This document shows, one piece after another, positions 25,866-37,436 of a stretch of 64,000 nt of DNA. Made by a program: the position numbers and the translations under genes. Position 1 is the stretch's first letter, and every line of letters begins with the position of its first letter. The DNA is from Octopus vulgaris (lineage: Eukaryota), in the NCBI GenBank assembly GCA_951406725.2, contig OX597821.1, positions 93,806,001 through 93,870,000 of the forward strand, in the 5' to 3' direction. A model generated the notes under the pieces. It was not told the DNA's origin and did not search any database. It saw only the letters and a program-made list of their open reading frames with translations.

Positions 25866-26276
25866 CTAGCAGTATCGCCCGGCGTTGCTCGGGTTTGTAA
25901 GGGAAATAACTATATAAGCATTTTAGAAAGTTACTTCCCTTATATAATAGCAAAAAAAAAAATGCATTAAAAATGGAAAGAAATGATGGTAAATTATTTT
26001 TTTTTAAATCGTAGACTCATCGTAGACATTTTTAGAGAGTTACTTCTCTTATATAAAAGCAACAAAAAATGCATTAAAAATGGAAAAAAATGATGGTAAA
26101 TTTTTTTTAAATCGTAGACTCATTGTAGACGCGCGCTAATACCCAGAAGGGCTCGATATGAATCACGACTATAAGATACCCGGTTTTGGTTAAACTGCAC
26201 CGCAAAATGTGGGAGTAGTTAGGAATCTAAATCGTAGGAGACAGACACCACACAACTTCACTTTTATATATATAGA
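25866..26276 (-). mobile_element. non-autonomous Helitron
   Basis: minus strand A|TCTATATATATAAAA ... CCCGAGCAACGCCGGG hairpin ... CTAG|T. Confidence 0.88.
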
Positions 26277-26841
26277 TTTGTTAAACACGTTCTACGTTTT
26301 CTTTTTAAAACTATAATCTAATGAAAAACTGTTCTTTTCTTTGCACAACTTGCATTTCTTTCCGAATGCAGAACGTTTCCTTTTAAGAAATATATTTGGG
26401 GCAAAATATAAGCATCGGTAACTCTTTTAACATCTGATATTATCTCTTGTGTGAAATCCACATATGAATCAAGTGACGTACTTCTTAACTGCATATACGA
26501 AATGTATGATACATGGCCTTTGTATCAATGTCTCTTCAATACTTTTGGTCAAGCACACAATACATACGCAGACATTTTCTTATGGTCTCAGAGGAAACCT
26601 AACGCGAAGACATAAACCTGACTAGTTCTACAATAACCAATTCTTTTAGGTCTCACATTATTTATCATTTTCTCCCACATTACGCTAAAATATAGACCTT
26701 CTAGTTGTTTCGGACAAACCGTTAAGGAAACTTTCAGTATCATTTCTATGCTGATCCTCAATAAATACAAATACTTCCTTCAGACACGATGTTTATCATT
26801 ATCCCCCAATCATTTTTCTTCTCGCGTTTGCCACAAAAACT

Positions 26842-27308
26842 TGTAGTGACGTCATTCTTCAGTGTGCGTGTGCGGGACTGGAACCTTCTGGAAAGGCCTA
26901 GGGAAGTTCCCTCAGGCACATGCGCTAAAAACTGAGGAAAAAAATTCTATCGCGTTCCTTGTTAGCGTGGAGACTTGAGACACGGCTATCGAAGAGAGAA
27001 GACGTGTTTAACGTGTTATCAGCCTATGCTCCTGTCCCAGACGCTTGGGATTTGACCGGTTCTGTTGCTGCTGGAGTTTTTGTGAGGTTTATCTCTACAA
27101 ATGTTTAACTTCAGTCTTGCTGTACCTACACCCAGTGGTTACCAATTTACTAACGTATCTTCTTTATGTAAATAACGAAATAAAGTGTCATATTTTCTAA
27201 GGTTGATTTCTTGTTCCTGAAACCGGTAGTTTTTGGAAACAAAGAAGGAAATTGTGTTGCACCCAAACAGTGCAAAAGACCCAACCTGTTCCAGACAGTT
27301 CCTTTACA
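26842..27308 (+). mobile_element. solo LTR related to the Gypsy element at 30539
   Basis: TGTAGTGACG...TTTACA termini, AACT TSD on both sides, U3 and U5 blocks homologous to the 528-bp LTR. Confidence 0.88.
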
Positions 27309-27770
27309 AACTTAAGCAATATTTAGACAGGAATAGAATGAATCCGTACATCTCGGATCCTGTCAGGGAACAAGAAACTGGAACAAGAAATTGACAACTG
27401 TAAATACGTTGTTTCGATTCATTTTCGAAATTCTTCATTTATTTTCAGTGATGTTTTCACTGATGGTGTGTTTCTTTGAATTATACCAGAAGACCGCCTT
27501 CTGAGTTGTTTTCTGCTGGTCGCTTAATGGTATTTACACATTTGATTCCCAATTTGTGTAATTTTTCTTATATTCTTTTATGCTTTTACTTGTTTCAGTC
27601 ATTTGACAGTGACCATGCTGGAGTACCGCCTTTAGTCGAACAAATCGACCCCAGGACTTATTCTTTGTAAGCCTAGAATCGGTCTCTTTTGCCGAATCGC
27701 GGTTGTCAAGCGATGGCAGCCGAACAAACACAGACACACAAATACATACATACATACATACATACATACA

Positions 27771-27804
<34 letters not shown>

Positions 27805-27805
27805 C

Positions 27806-27851
<46 letters not shown>

Positions 27852-28113
27852 ATGGTAGTAAAAATATATATTTATTTACATATCACATATTATTTCTTCA
27901 TATTAGCGCTTTCAACTACTCCTGTAGTTTCATCAGAAATGTCAGTTTGTAAAGTTTTGCCTGTATTTATATTATTGGTAAATGAAGTTTATATATACAA
28001 TTATGCATCTTAAACCTCTGACTATGTATGTATGTGATTATAAATGCTTATATACATATGGACGTGTATATATATGTACAGACAAGTTTGTATATACAAA
28101 TACACACACACAC

Positions 28114-28151
<38 letters not shown>

Positions 28152-28152
<1 letters not shown>

Positions 28153-28255
28153 GAGGCGCAATGGCCCAGTGGTTAGGGCAGCGGACTTGCGGTCGTAGGA
28201 TCGCGGTTTCGATTCCCAGACCGGGCGTTGTGAGTGTTTATTGAGCAAAAACACC
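28152..28255 (+). mobile_element. head of tRNA-derived SINE family D
   Basis: A box TGGCCCAGTGG, B box GTTTCGATTCC; same head as the SINE ending at 35786. Confidence 0.8.
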
Positions 28256-30538
28256 AAGAAGACACTTGCTCAGGTACCACGCAGTTGACTCAACCCGGAT
28301 CCATGTGGTTGCGAAGGCCACTCCTGCGCCTATATGTTGTGTCTAATTTTCATTTGCAGCATTTATTCGATAAATGGTAGCCACTCGTTCAACAAATAAA
28401 TTTAGAATAATACCAAGTGCGCAAAGACAATTTTAGAAGCTATGAAGGGATCAGATTTTATGCTAACTTAATTTACCTACGAAAAGTCCTCACTTTATTG
28501 GCTTCAACATCACCCAAAAAATAAGAAAGCATACGGAAATCGATATAATTCAGCTGATGCTAGATAAGCTTATTATTTGGGAAAATATTATTTTTACTTA
28601 TATATCTGTAGAAAATAGTGTTGAAAATATTAAGGTAACACTCGTTTTTCTAAAAGTATAAACAGAGATGCCTAACCCTTTTAAAACGGTTGACGTAAAT
28701 TTACGCATGCAATGTACATTTTTTAAAATCGGTCGACGTAATTATACACCGCCTGACTTAAAACCTGTCGTCTGAGTTAGTAACGGTCCACTTGCCAACT
28801 GATAGGCCGATTAAAAATTTCATGTAAATATTTACAACCTGATAGGCTGGTCCTGTTACTCCGGCTCTGTCAACTTCGTCGTCGCGTCCTGTTTCGTCGA
28901 ATTTATGGTCGTCGCGCCAAGACACACCAAACTCCACCACCTCACGAGTTGTTTCTTCCAGTTCGGACGATGACTCGAAGAGTGAGTATTTTCCTAGTTC
29001 ATAATCAGTTGATTCCGATAGCAATGATGATATTCCGGCGAATCAAAGGTACAGACGGGCAGCCCTGGATAACAGAGTGTCGTGTGGCGAGCGAGAGACA
29101 GTTTCGTCCGATGGCATGGGTTTACTGGTACACCTGGCATAAAAGTAAACCTTGAACATGGAAGTTCGCCACTGGAAATCTTCCACGAGTTTTTGATGGA
29201 TGAAATGTTCCAATATATAGCGGACGAAACGAATGACTATGCTAAAAACCACCCCCAGCATAACAGACCCGTGCATGGTGGTGATTGCTTTCCAACCACA
29301 GGGAACAAGACCAAAGTTCTGCTTGCCCTACATCGTGAAGAAACCAATCCTGGCGTCATATTGGAATCGGAAACCAGCCACGTCGACACCTTTCTCTCCG
29401 GAAACGATGACACGTAATCGATTTTTGGCGCTTCTTCGAAATCTACATTTCAACTCAGGCGAGAACCAGGACGATAGGCTGCACAAAATACGTCCTATCG
29501 TTGATGAAGTGGCTGAAAATTTTAGAATGGTGTATGTCCCCACACAGGACATTTATACGGATGAGAGTTTGTGGAAATTCAAGGGAAGGCTCCGATTCAA
29601 GCAATACAACCCGACCAGAGCTGCCTGCTTTGGAGTTAAGGTTTATAAAGTATGCCAGTCAACTGGCAGAGCCTGTGGGTCCACGTAGAATTACAAAATC
29701 TACGCTGGTTCAGGACAGATTGTCTCTCCCAACGTCTATGCTAGTGTCAACTGATGTCGTGTTGTCGCTGAATTAAAACTTGTTTGACAAAGCCTTCAAT
29801 ATTTATATGGACAACTGGTTTTCCGGTACAGGCCTCTTCCTGCAGCTGCAGGTGAGTAGGACTAATGCCTGTGGGACTAGAAAAAAATATGCCGCCCGAT
29901 CTCCGCAAGATAAAACTTCGAAAGTGGGAAACAGCGCACCGATGCAATGATAGTAACATTCTCGCTCTAGTGTGGCATGATAAGAAAAACGTTTCCGTGT
30001 TATTCACAAGGCATTTTGCAAGCATGAAGAAACAAGATGCAGACGGTAATGCCATAATGAAACCGAGTGCAGTTGTTTCATACGCTGAAGGGTTGGGCGG
30101 GGTCGATCGCTCAGATCAACTGGCGACGGCACACAAATTGGTAAGAAAATTTGTGAAATGGTACAAAAAAATTTTTCTTGTATATAGTTGACGTGTGCGT
30201 CGTGAACTCACATTTGATTTGGCAGATCTTGTTGGTGTGACGGATGGATTGACATTCAGGAATCTGAGGAAGCACTCCGTCGGTTACGACGACGAGGGTT
30301 CCGGTTGATCCGATCAACGGAACAGCCTGCTCGTGAAATTAACGTGTAAGTGGCTTAGCACTCCACAGACACGTGTACCCTTAACGTAGTTCTCGGGGAT
30401 ATTCAGCATGACAGAGGGTGACAAGGCCGGTCCTTTGAAATACAGGTACAACAGAAACAGGAAGTAAGAGTGAGAGAAAGTTGTGGTGAAAGAGTACAGC
30501 AGGGATCACCACCATCCCTGCCGGAGCCTCGTGGAGCT

Positions 30539-31066
30539 TGTAGTGACGCTATACAACAGTGCGCGCGCGCGCAACGCCACTTCAGTTCGCGTGTGCGGGG
30601 TTTGGAGCCTTCTGGAGAGGCAGAAGGGAAGTGTCCTCTCGCGCATGCGCGAAGACTGGAAGAAGGGAATGATGATGTGGCATTTAGCTGATAGGCGAGG
30701 GAGCGTAAAACCTTAACCAAAAAGGGTACAGAGACACGTAGCAGTAAGCAGAAGGCTTTCGATACCAAATTGTTGCAGACGTGTATTTTCTCCGCTCTCT
30801 GGACGCCATATTTGACCAGCTCTGTTTGCTGCTGAAATTGTAAGATTCTTACAAGCGTTAAAGTTCAGCCTTGCCACATCCAGACTCAAGTGGAACCAAA
30901 TATACCACCTTATTTCTTTCTGTGGATAAGACAATAAAGAGTATATATTTTTTACTGTTGCGTTTGTGTTCTTTGACTGGTAGAATCTGGAAATTAAAGG
31001 AACGGAAATTGTGAATGCACCCGAGTTGCACCCCAAAAGTGCAAGAAGCAACTAATTCCCGTCACA
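30539..31066 (+). repeat. 5' LTR (528 bp)
   Basis: matches 35161-35688 except GTCACA vs GTTACA at the end; contains AATAAA and an NRF1-type GCGCATGCGC. Confidence 0.97.
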
Positions 31067-31067
31067 G

Positions 31068-31079
31068 TGGTGACCCCGA
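31068..31079 (+). promoter_or_regulatory. primer binding site complementary to tRNA-Trp 3' end
   Basis: TGGTGACCCCGA 1 nt after the LTR; reverse complement TCGGGGTCACCA is the eukaryotic tRNA-Trp 3' end. Confidence 0.85.
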
Positions 31080-31450
31080 ACATAGAACATTTAACTGAAA
31101 TCTAGATTCTGCCTAGTCTGAACCAATCAACCCGCCGCAGTCATTATCTTTCAACAGTTTGCTTCCACTCGCATCTCAGCACACACGCACGGAAAAATTT
31201 TTTTTCGTTTAAGACGCGACGAAGGTTGGTAAAACAAAAAGAAAAGAATTTTTTTTATTCTCTGTGCACACAGTACAAAAAAAAAAACCACATTTTTTTT
31301 TTGTAAATTGCACATACAAAAATTTATTGGTTCAATTGCTGGTCTTTCTTTCTTTTTTCCCTTTTCCTCATTGCGTCTGTTCAACGTTGATTCGTTGTCA
31401 TTTTACCTTTCCATTTGACAGAATCATCTAGTGGAGTTAAAAACTACAAA

Positions 31451-34400
31451 ATGTCTCTAACATCACGGTCTGCTGGAGTCTGCTCACAAGCTTTTTCAGC
31501 TTCAATTGAGGGACTTTCTAAACAAATAGAAAGTCTCACCAAAAGGTTGGACGCGATGGCAAGCGATGGCAAGCGATTTTCAAAATCGCGGAGTCGCAGC
31601 CGTTCATCGTCACATTCCACACAGTCAAAGTCCGGACTGTGTTGGTACCACTCCAATTTTGGAGAGGAAGCACATAAGTGCATACAGCCATGCACCTACA
31701 AAAGATCTAAACTAGCTTCGGAGAATTTGAGCACGTCAACTTCCTCCTCAACATTTTCTAGTTATCGTGCATTTTTCGTCAAGGATCAAGTGTCGAAGAA
31801 AAACTTCATGGTGGACACTGGTTCTTGTTGTAGCATTTGGCCTTTGCGTCTCACAACCGACAAGCCAAAACGATCTAACGTCACCTTGCACGCTATTGAC
31901 TCGTCACCAATAGCCACATTCGGTCAGATCTCTTTACGCCTTGACATTAATCTTCGTCGAGATTTTCAATGGGTTTTTATCATTGCTGACATTCCGCATC
32001 CTATTTTAGGTGCGGATTTTCTAAATAACTTTGATTTATTGGTAGATGTCAGACGTCGGAGGCTAGTCGATAGTTCGACTACACTCTCCACGCCGACCAG
32101 AGAATCAACCGATTCAGCTCTTAGCCCGACATTTTTTGTTTGTACATCTGGAGACGTTTTTCACTCTCTTTTGGCTTCTTTTCCAGAGCTATTTGATGTT
32201 ACCTTTAAAGTGGCGAAGCCATTACACTCGACACAACACTTTATAACAACAACTAGACCGCCTGTTTTTTCGCGTCCACGGCGTCTTGCACCTGATCGAC
32301 TTAAAACTGCTAGGGCTGAGTTTGAGCATATGCTCCAGCTCGGTCTGATACGCCCATCCACCAGTCCATGGGCATCACCCCTTCATTTAGTTCGAAAAGG
32401 GGATACAGATTTTCGCCCGGTGGGAGATTATCGGCGTCTAAATTCGGTGACGATTCCGGACAAATATCCAATAAGGATTCTAAATGATTTTTCAGCAAAT
32501 CTTCATGGCTGTACCATTTTTTCTAAGGTTGACCTCATACGTGCCTATCATCAAATACCGGTCAACCCAGACGACGTTCCTAAAACGGCAATTACCACTC
32601 CTTTTGGCTGTTTCGAATTTTTGTATATGAGTTTTGGTTTAAGGAACGTTACTAGTACGTTCCAACGTTTTATAGATGAAGTTGTTCGTGGACTTGATTT
32701 TGTTTTCGCGTATGTCGATGATATTCTCATCGCAAGAGATACGCATGAGAATCATCTCCTGCACTTGTCTCAGCTTTTTCAGCGTCTTTGCGACTATGGT
32801 GTTCGCATTAATCCAGACAAGTGTGTTTTGGGGCAACCATCTCTTAATTTTCTCGGTCATTATATTGATTCGAGAGGAATCAAACCACTCTCGTCTAAAG
32901 TCGATGCTATTCAGCGCATCGCACCACCTTCTTCTTTGCGTCAACTTCGCCATTTTTTGGGTATAGTTAATTTCTATCGACGTTTCATAGATCGGTGTGC
33001 AGACAAGTTGTTTCCTTTAACGCAGATGCTAAAGGGCAATTCTAAAAAGGACGCCCGTCTTACTCTTTCAGCTGAAGCACTGTCTGCCTTTGAGTTAGTT
33101 AAAAAGGAACTGGCTTCAGTCCCTGTTTTAGCACATCCAGCTCCTGATGCTCCACTTACTTTATCTGTGGACGCATCAGATTCTGCAGTTGGCGCTGTTT
33201 TGCAGCACACCGTAGAGGGTGAAGTCAAAACTTTGGCTTTCTTTTCTTGCCAGCTAAAGCCAGCTGAACGCAGATATAGTACTTTTGATCGAGAGTTACT
33301 AGCGATCTATCTGTCAGTTCGGCATTTTCAGCACCAGCTCGAGGGACGAGAGTTTGTGATTTATACTGATCACAAGCCCCTTACTTTTGCACTATCTTCT
33401 AAAACGGATAAACTCTCTCCTCGTGCTTTCCGTCACCTGGACTATATTTCTCAATTTACAAGTGATATTAGGCATGTGCCAGGGAAGGAGAACGTCCCTG
33501 CAGATGCTCTCTCTAGACTCCCTGTCAATTCCATTTCCTCTCCTGCAGCAATTGACTTAACTGCTATTTCGCAGGATCAACCACCTTTAGAAGAGTTGGA
33601 TTTAACTTCGCCTAAGTTTATTAACTGTAAGTTTGCCTACCTTCCGCTCCCTTCAACAGAAGGCTCTATTCTTTGTGACGTCTCTACCGGTTCACCTAGA
33701 CCATTAGTACCTGAGAAACATCAACGTTCTGTGTTTGATGCTCTTCATTCACTGTCACATCCAGGTATCTCTACCACAGTAAAGCTTGTTACTGCTCGGT
33801 TCTTCTGGCCCAATATGCGACGATCAATTACCTCTTGGGCACGCTCTTGTTTGAGGTGCCAGAGTGCTAAAGTCCATAGACACGTTCGTGCTCCACTTGG
33901 ACAGTTTTCTTCTCCTGAAGCCCGTTTTCGCCATGTCCACCTTGATTTGGTTGGGCCATGGCCTGTGAGTCGCGGGTTCTCATACATTTTAACTTGTATT
34001 GATCGCTTTTCACGCTGGCCGGAAACTATTCCTATAGCAGACATTTCTGCTGAAACTGTTGCGAAAGCTTTCGTGTCTAATTGGATTTCTAGGTATGGTG
34101 TACCGTCCAGTTTAACCACAGATCGTGGTCGACAATTCGAGTCTGCCTTGTTTCGTGAGTTATCACGAATCCTGGGGATGCATCATATACGCACCACTAG
34201 TTACCACCCCGCTTCTAATGGGATGGTGGAGCGTTTCCATAGGCAACTTAAGGCCGCGTTGCGTGCCTCGCCGAATCCACAGTCGTGGACTGAATTTCTA
34301 CCTATTGTCCTACTTGGATGTCGGACTGCGATTAAAGCAGACCTTGGTTTTTCGTCTGCCGAGCTCTTGTATGGTACCACACTGGCATTGCCTGGTACGA

Positions 34401-34948
34401 TGTTGGTGTCAGACAAGTCACAGTCTCTTAATTTAGAGTCTTATGTTGCTCGAATACGCAGATATTTTTCTGCCCTTCCTCCTGTGGACCCTCGACACCA
34501 AAATCCTCCTTCTAGTGTGCCATCAGATCTTAATTCTTGGACGCATGTTTTTATTCGTGATGATTCTGTCAAGGGACCTCTTGTTACTCCTTACAAAGGA
34601 CCTTTTCGTGTGATTTCCCGCACGCCGAAGGTATTCAAAATTGACATTAACGGTCGTTCGGAGACCGTCTCCGTAGATCGCCTTAAAAGGGCATATTTTG
34701 AGGTGTCCACATCTTTTGATGACCCCACGGCCACAACCATCGTTGAACCTTCACATGCACCTTTGACAACACCACCATTCACACATGCACCTTTGACAAC
34801 ACCACCATTTACACATGCACCTTTATCAACACCAACATCGGCAACACCACCTTCGTCGTCGCAGCCTGCCTCGAACAAACCTTATGTTACGAGGTCAGGC
34901 AGAACTGTTCACTGGCCTAAAAAACTTTCCAAAACTATTTATATTTGA
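31451..34948 (+). CDS. pol: truncated Gag (nucleocapsid only)-Pol polyprotein, 1165 aa from the first ATG
   Basis: CAAAATG start; CWYH-x9-C-x3-C knuckle; protease VDTGS..ILGADFL; RT YVDD; RNase H DAS..ELLA..TDH; integrase H..H..C..C, DLVG, TDRG, VERF, PYKGPF. Confidence 0.95.
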   Translation: MSLTSRSAGVCSQAFSASIEGLSKQIESLTKRLDAMASDGKRFSKSRSRSRSSSHSTQSKSGLCWYHSNFGEEAHKCIQPCTYKRSKLASENLSTSTSSSTFSSYRAFFVKDQVSKKNFMVDTGSCCSIWPLRLTTDKPKRSNVTLHAIDSSPIATFGQISLRLDINLRRDFQWVFIIADIPHPILGADFLNNFDLLVDVRRRRLVDSSTTLSTPTRESTDSALSPTFFVCTSGDVFHSLLASFPELFDVTFKVAKPLHSTQHFITTTRPPVFSRPRRLAPDRLKTARAEFEHMLQLGLIRPSTSPWASPLHLVRKGDTDFRPVGDYRRLNSVTIPDKYPIRILNDFSANLHGCTIFSKVDLIRAYHQIPVNPDDVPKTAITTPFGCFEFLYMSFGLRNVTSTFQRFIDEVVRGLDFVFAYVDDILIARDTHENHLLHLSQLFQRLCDYGVRINPDKCVLGQPSLNFLGHYIDSRGIKPLSSKVDAIQRIAPPSSLRQLRHFLGIVNFYRRFIDRCADKLFPLTQMLKGNSKKDARLTLSAEALSAFELVKKELASVPVLAHPAPDAPLTLSVDASDSAVGAVLQHTVEGEVKTLAFFSCQLKPAERRYSTFDRELLAIYLSVRHFQHQLEGREFVIYTDHKPLTFALSSKTDKLSPRAFRHLDYISQFTSDIRHVPGKENVPADALSRLPVNSISSPAAIDLTAISQDQPPLEELDLTSPKFINCKFAYLPLPSTEGSILCDVSTGSPRPLVPEKHQRSVFDALHSLSHPGISTTVKLVTARFFWPNMRRSITSWARSCLRCQSAKVHRHVRAPLGQFSSPEARFRHVHLDLVGPWPVSRGFSYILTCIDRFSRWPETIPIADISAETVAKAFVSNWISRYGVPSSLTTDRGRQFESALFRELSRILGMHHIRTTSYHPASNGMVERFHRQLKAALRASPNPQSWTEFLPIVLLGCRTAIKADLGFSSAELLYGTTLALPGTMLVSDKSQSLNLESYVARIRRYFSALPPVDPRHQNPPSSVPSDLNSWTHVFIRDDSVKGPLVTPYKGPFRVISRTPKVFKIDINGRSETVSVDRLKRAYFEVSTSFDDPTATTIVEPSHAPLTTPPFTHAPLTTPPFTHAPLSTPTSATPPSSSQPASNKPYVTRSGRTVHWPKKLSKTIYI

Positions 34949-35160
34949 CATTCTCAATTGTGACAGTTACAATACTTATTGAACTTTGCTCATTTTGAGT
35001 ATTTTTCTCTTTTTTCCTTTTGGTGCATTTCTTGTTTGTATTGTAAATTCTGCCTTGATTTGTCATATTGTGTGCTATTTGGTTATCTGGTGTCCACCTT
35101 GAGTTTTATAGTCACTACAAGGAATTTTGTTTCGTGCTTACGCACTCGTGGGCGAGCTTT

Positions 35161-35688
35161 TGTAGTGACGCTATACAACAGTGCGCGCGCGCGCAACGCC
35201 ACTTCAGTTCGCGTGTGCGGGGTTTGGAGCCTTCTGGAGAGGCAGAAGGGAAGTGTCCTCTCGCGCATGCGCGAAGACTGGAAGAAGGGAATGATGATGT
35301 GGCATTTAGCTGATAGGCGAGGGAGCGTAAAACCTTAACCAAAAAGGGTACAGAGACACGTAGCAGTAAGCAGAAGGCTTTCGATACCAAATTGTTGCAG
35401 ACGTGTATTTTCTCCGCTCTCTGGACGCCATATTTGACCAGCTCTGTTTGCTGCTGAAATTGTAAGATTCTTACAAGCGTTAAAGTTCAGCCTTGCCACA
35501 TCCAGACTCAAGTGGAACCAAATATACCACCTTATTTCTTTCTGTGGATAAGACAATAAAGAGTATATATTTTTTACTGTTGCGTTTGTGTTCTTTGACT
35601 GGTAGAATCTGGAAATTAAAGGAACGGAAATTGTGAATGCACCCGAGTTGCACCCCAAAAGTGCAAGAAGCAACTAATTCCCGTTACA
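35161..35688 (+). repeat. 3' LTR (528 bp)
   Basis: see 5' LTR. Confidence 0.97.
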
Positions 35689-36008
35689 AGCTTTTAGGTG
35701 TTTTCGCTCAATAAACACTCACAACGCCCGGTCTGGGAATCGAAATCGCGAGTCCGCTGCTCTAACCACTGGGCCATTGCGCCTCCATTCAGGAATCTAT
35801 TGTTCCGTGAAATGATAAAAGCATCAGACCTGCCAAACTACAGAAAGCGTGGACTTCCCCACGTTAGACTCTCTCCTCACCGCATGGTGAAGAGACGTAG
35901 ACATTTTCCACGAATGTTTCCCTCCACCGCCAAGAAGACAAATTCTTCAAAGAGATGTGTAGTGAGAAACGTGAAGTAAAAGATGTTGCGATGGTAGATG
36001 AAATAGGC

Positions 36009-36044
<36 letters not shown>

Positions 36045-36234
36045 TCCTTACTTGTTTCAGTCATTTGACTGCGGCCATGCTGGAGCACCGCCTTTAGTCG
36101 AGCAAATCGACCCCGGGACTTATTCTTTGTAAGCCCAGTACTTATTCTATTGGTCCCTTTTGCCGAACCGCTAAGTGATGAGTGATGCTAGGGGGACAAA
36201 CACAGACACACACAGACACACACACACACACACT

Positions 36235-36300
<66 letters not shown>

Positions 36301-36451
36301 TATGACAGGCTTCTTTCAGTTTCCGTCTACCAAATCCACTCACAAAGCATTGGTCGGCCCGGGGCTATAGCAGAAGACACTTACCCAAGATGCCACGCAG
36401 TGGGACTGAACCCGGAACCATGTGCCTACTTACCACACAGCCACTCCTGCG
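36045..36451 (-). mobile_element. SINE family A, CpG-intact
   Basis: reverse complement of family A. Confidence 0.9.
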
Positions 36452-37046
36452 GCATGTGGACGACATCAAAATAAAACAACGGGAAAGCATCGGATTGTAG
36501 TTTAAATGATTTATTCAAACGACACTTGCATTTACTTGTTGTATGCACCAAAAATTTCACTACATCACATTACCAACTTACTTCGAGCCGGTGAATAAGA
36601 AATTAACAGGGTAAATACTGTATCGATATGACAGGGTAGAACCGGACAGCTTTTGTGCCTGTGTATGCGTTGGTCATTCAGTGGTGTCTGTTTATGTTCT
36701 GCATCTGCAACTGTGTTGAGTCGTTCATGTTGAATATCTGGTTCTGTGTTGCCTGCTTAACTGGCGAAGTTACTTGCTGGCCGTCTCGCCTCTGACTATT
36801 TCTTTCTGCCATCTCTTGACGGATTGCTGTATTTATAATGATCGTGACAGCTAGAAGGACAGACATACCACAGGAGAAAATCCTACCCATGTAGGTCACC
36901 TCCTGTCTACTTGAACCTCCAGTGACACAACAGAGGTCGAAGGTCGGAGGGAAACCGTGCATCATTTTTTGACAGGTCAAAGGAATTTCTTTCACTTTCG
37001 AATCTCAGCTCGGAAAAAGGAAGTGTTAGTTTTTACAGTAAGTAGC

Positions 37047-37182
37047 TTGTTTACCAACCACATGGTTCCGGGTTCAGTCCCACTGCGTGGCACCTTGGGC
37101 AAGTGTCTTCTACTATAGCCTCGGGCCGACCAAAGCCTTGTGAGTGGATTTGGTAGACGGAAACTGAAAGAAGCCCGTCGTA

Positions 37183-37225
<43 letters not shown>

Positions 37226-37436
37226 GTGTATATGTTTGTCCCCCTAGCATTGCTTGACAACCGATGCTGGTGTGCTTACGTCCCCGTTACTTAGCGGTTC
37301 GGCAAAAGAGACCGATAGAATAAGTACTGGGCTTACAAAAAGAATAAGTCCCGGGGTCGAGTTGCTCGATTAAAGGCGGTGCTCCAGCATGGCCGCAGTC
37401 AAATGACTGAAACAAATAAAAGAGTAAAAGAGTAAA
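37047..37436 (+). mobile_element. SINE family A, CpG-intact
   Basis: homology to 160-583. Confidence 0.9.

Larger units (their letters stand above)
30539..35688 (+). mobile_element. Ty3/Gypsy LTR retrotransposon, 5,150 bp, recent insertion
   Basis: 528-bp LTRs TG...CA, AGCT TSD (30535-30538, 35689-35692), PBS, PR-RT-RH-IN domain order. Confidence 0.98.
30266..35786 (-). mobile_element. full-length tRNA-derived SINE family D, split by the Gypsy insertion (SINE parts 30266-30538 and 35689-35786)
   Basis: 12-bp TSD ATTCAGGAATCT at 30254-30265 and 35787-35798; head matches 28152, body matches 20260-20390. Confidence 0.9.
28676..36570 (+). mobile_element. decayed piggyBac transposon (PGBD4-like transposase pseudogene) interrupted by SINEs and an LTR element; right end uncertain
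   Basis: (C)TAA|CCCTTTTAAAACGG left end; MTRNRF..LRNLHF, DRLHKIRP, DESLWKFKGR..KQYNP, YMDNWF, GGVDRSDQ, KWYKKIF; frame resumes at 35787 (FRNLLFREMI...HFPRMFPST..KRCVV). Confidence 0.9.

Noticed and set aside
26280-26840. Possible decayed coding sequence around the solo LTR
   Set aside because: No frame gives a recognisable motif
28152-28230. tRNA gene candidates (also 6536-6607 and SINE A/B heads)
   Set aside because: A/B boxes are present but there is no proper cloverleaf and each continues into a SINE body
30713-31051. 112-aa antisense ORF duplicated at 35335-35673
   Set aside because: Lies within the LTRs, non-ATG start, no recognisable motif; the duplication simply reflects LTR identity
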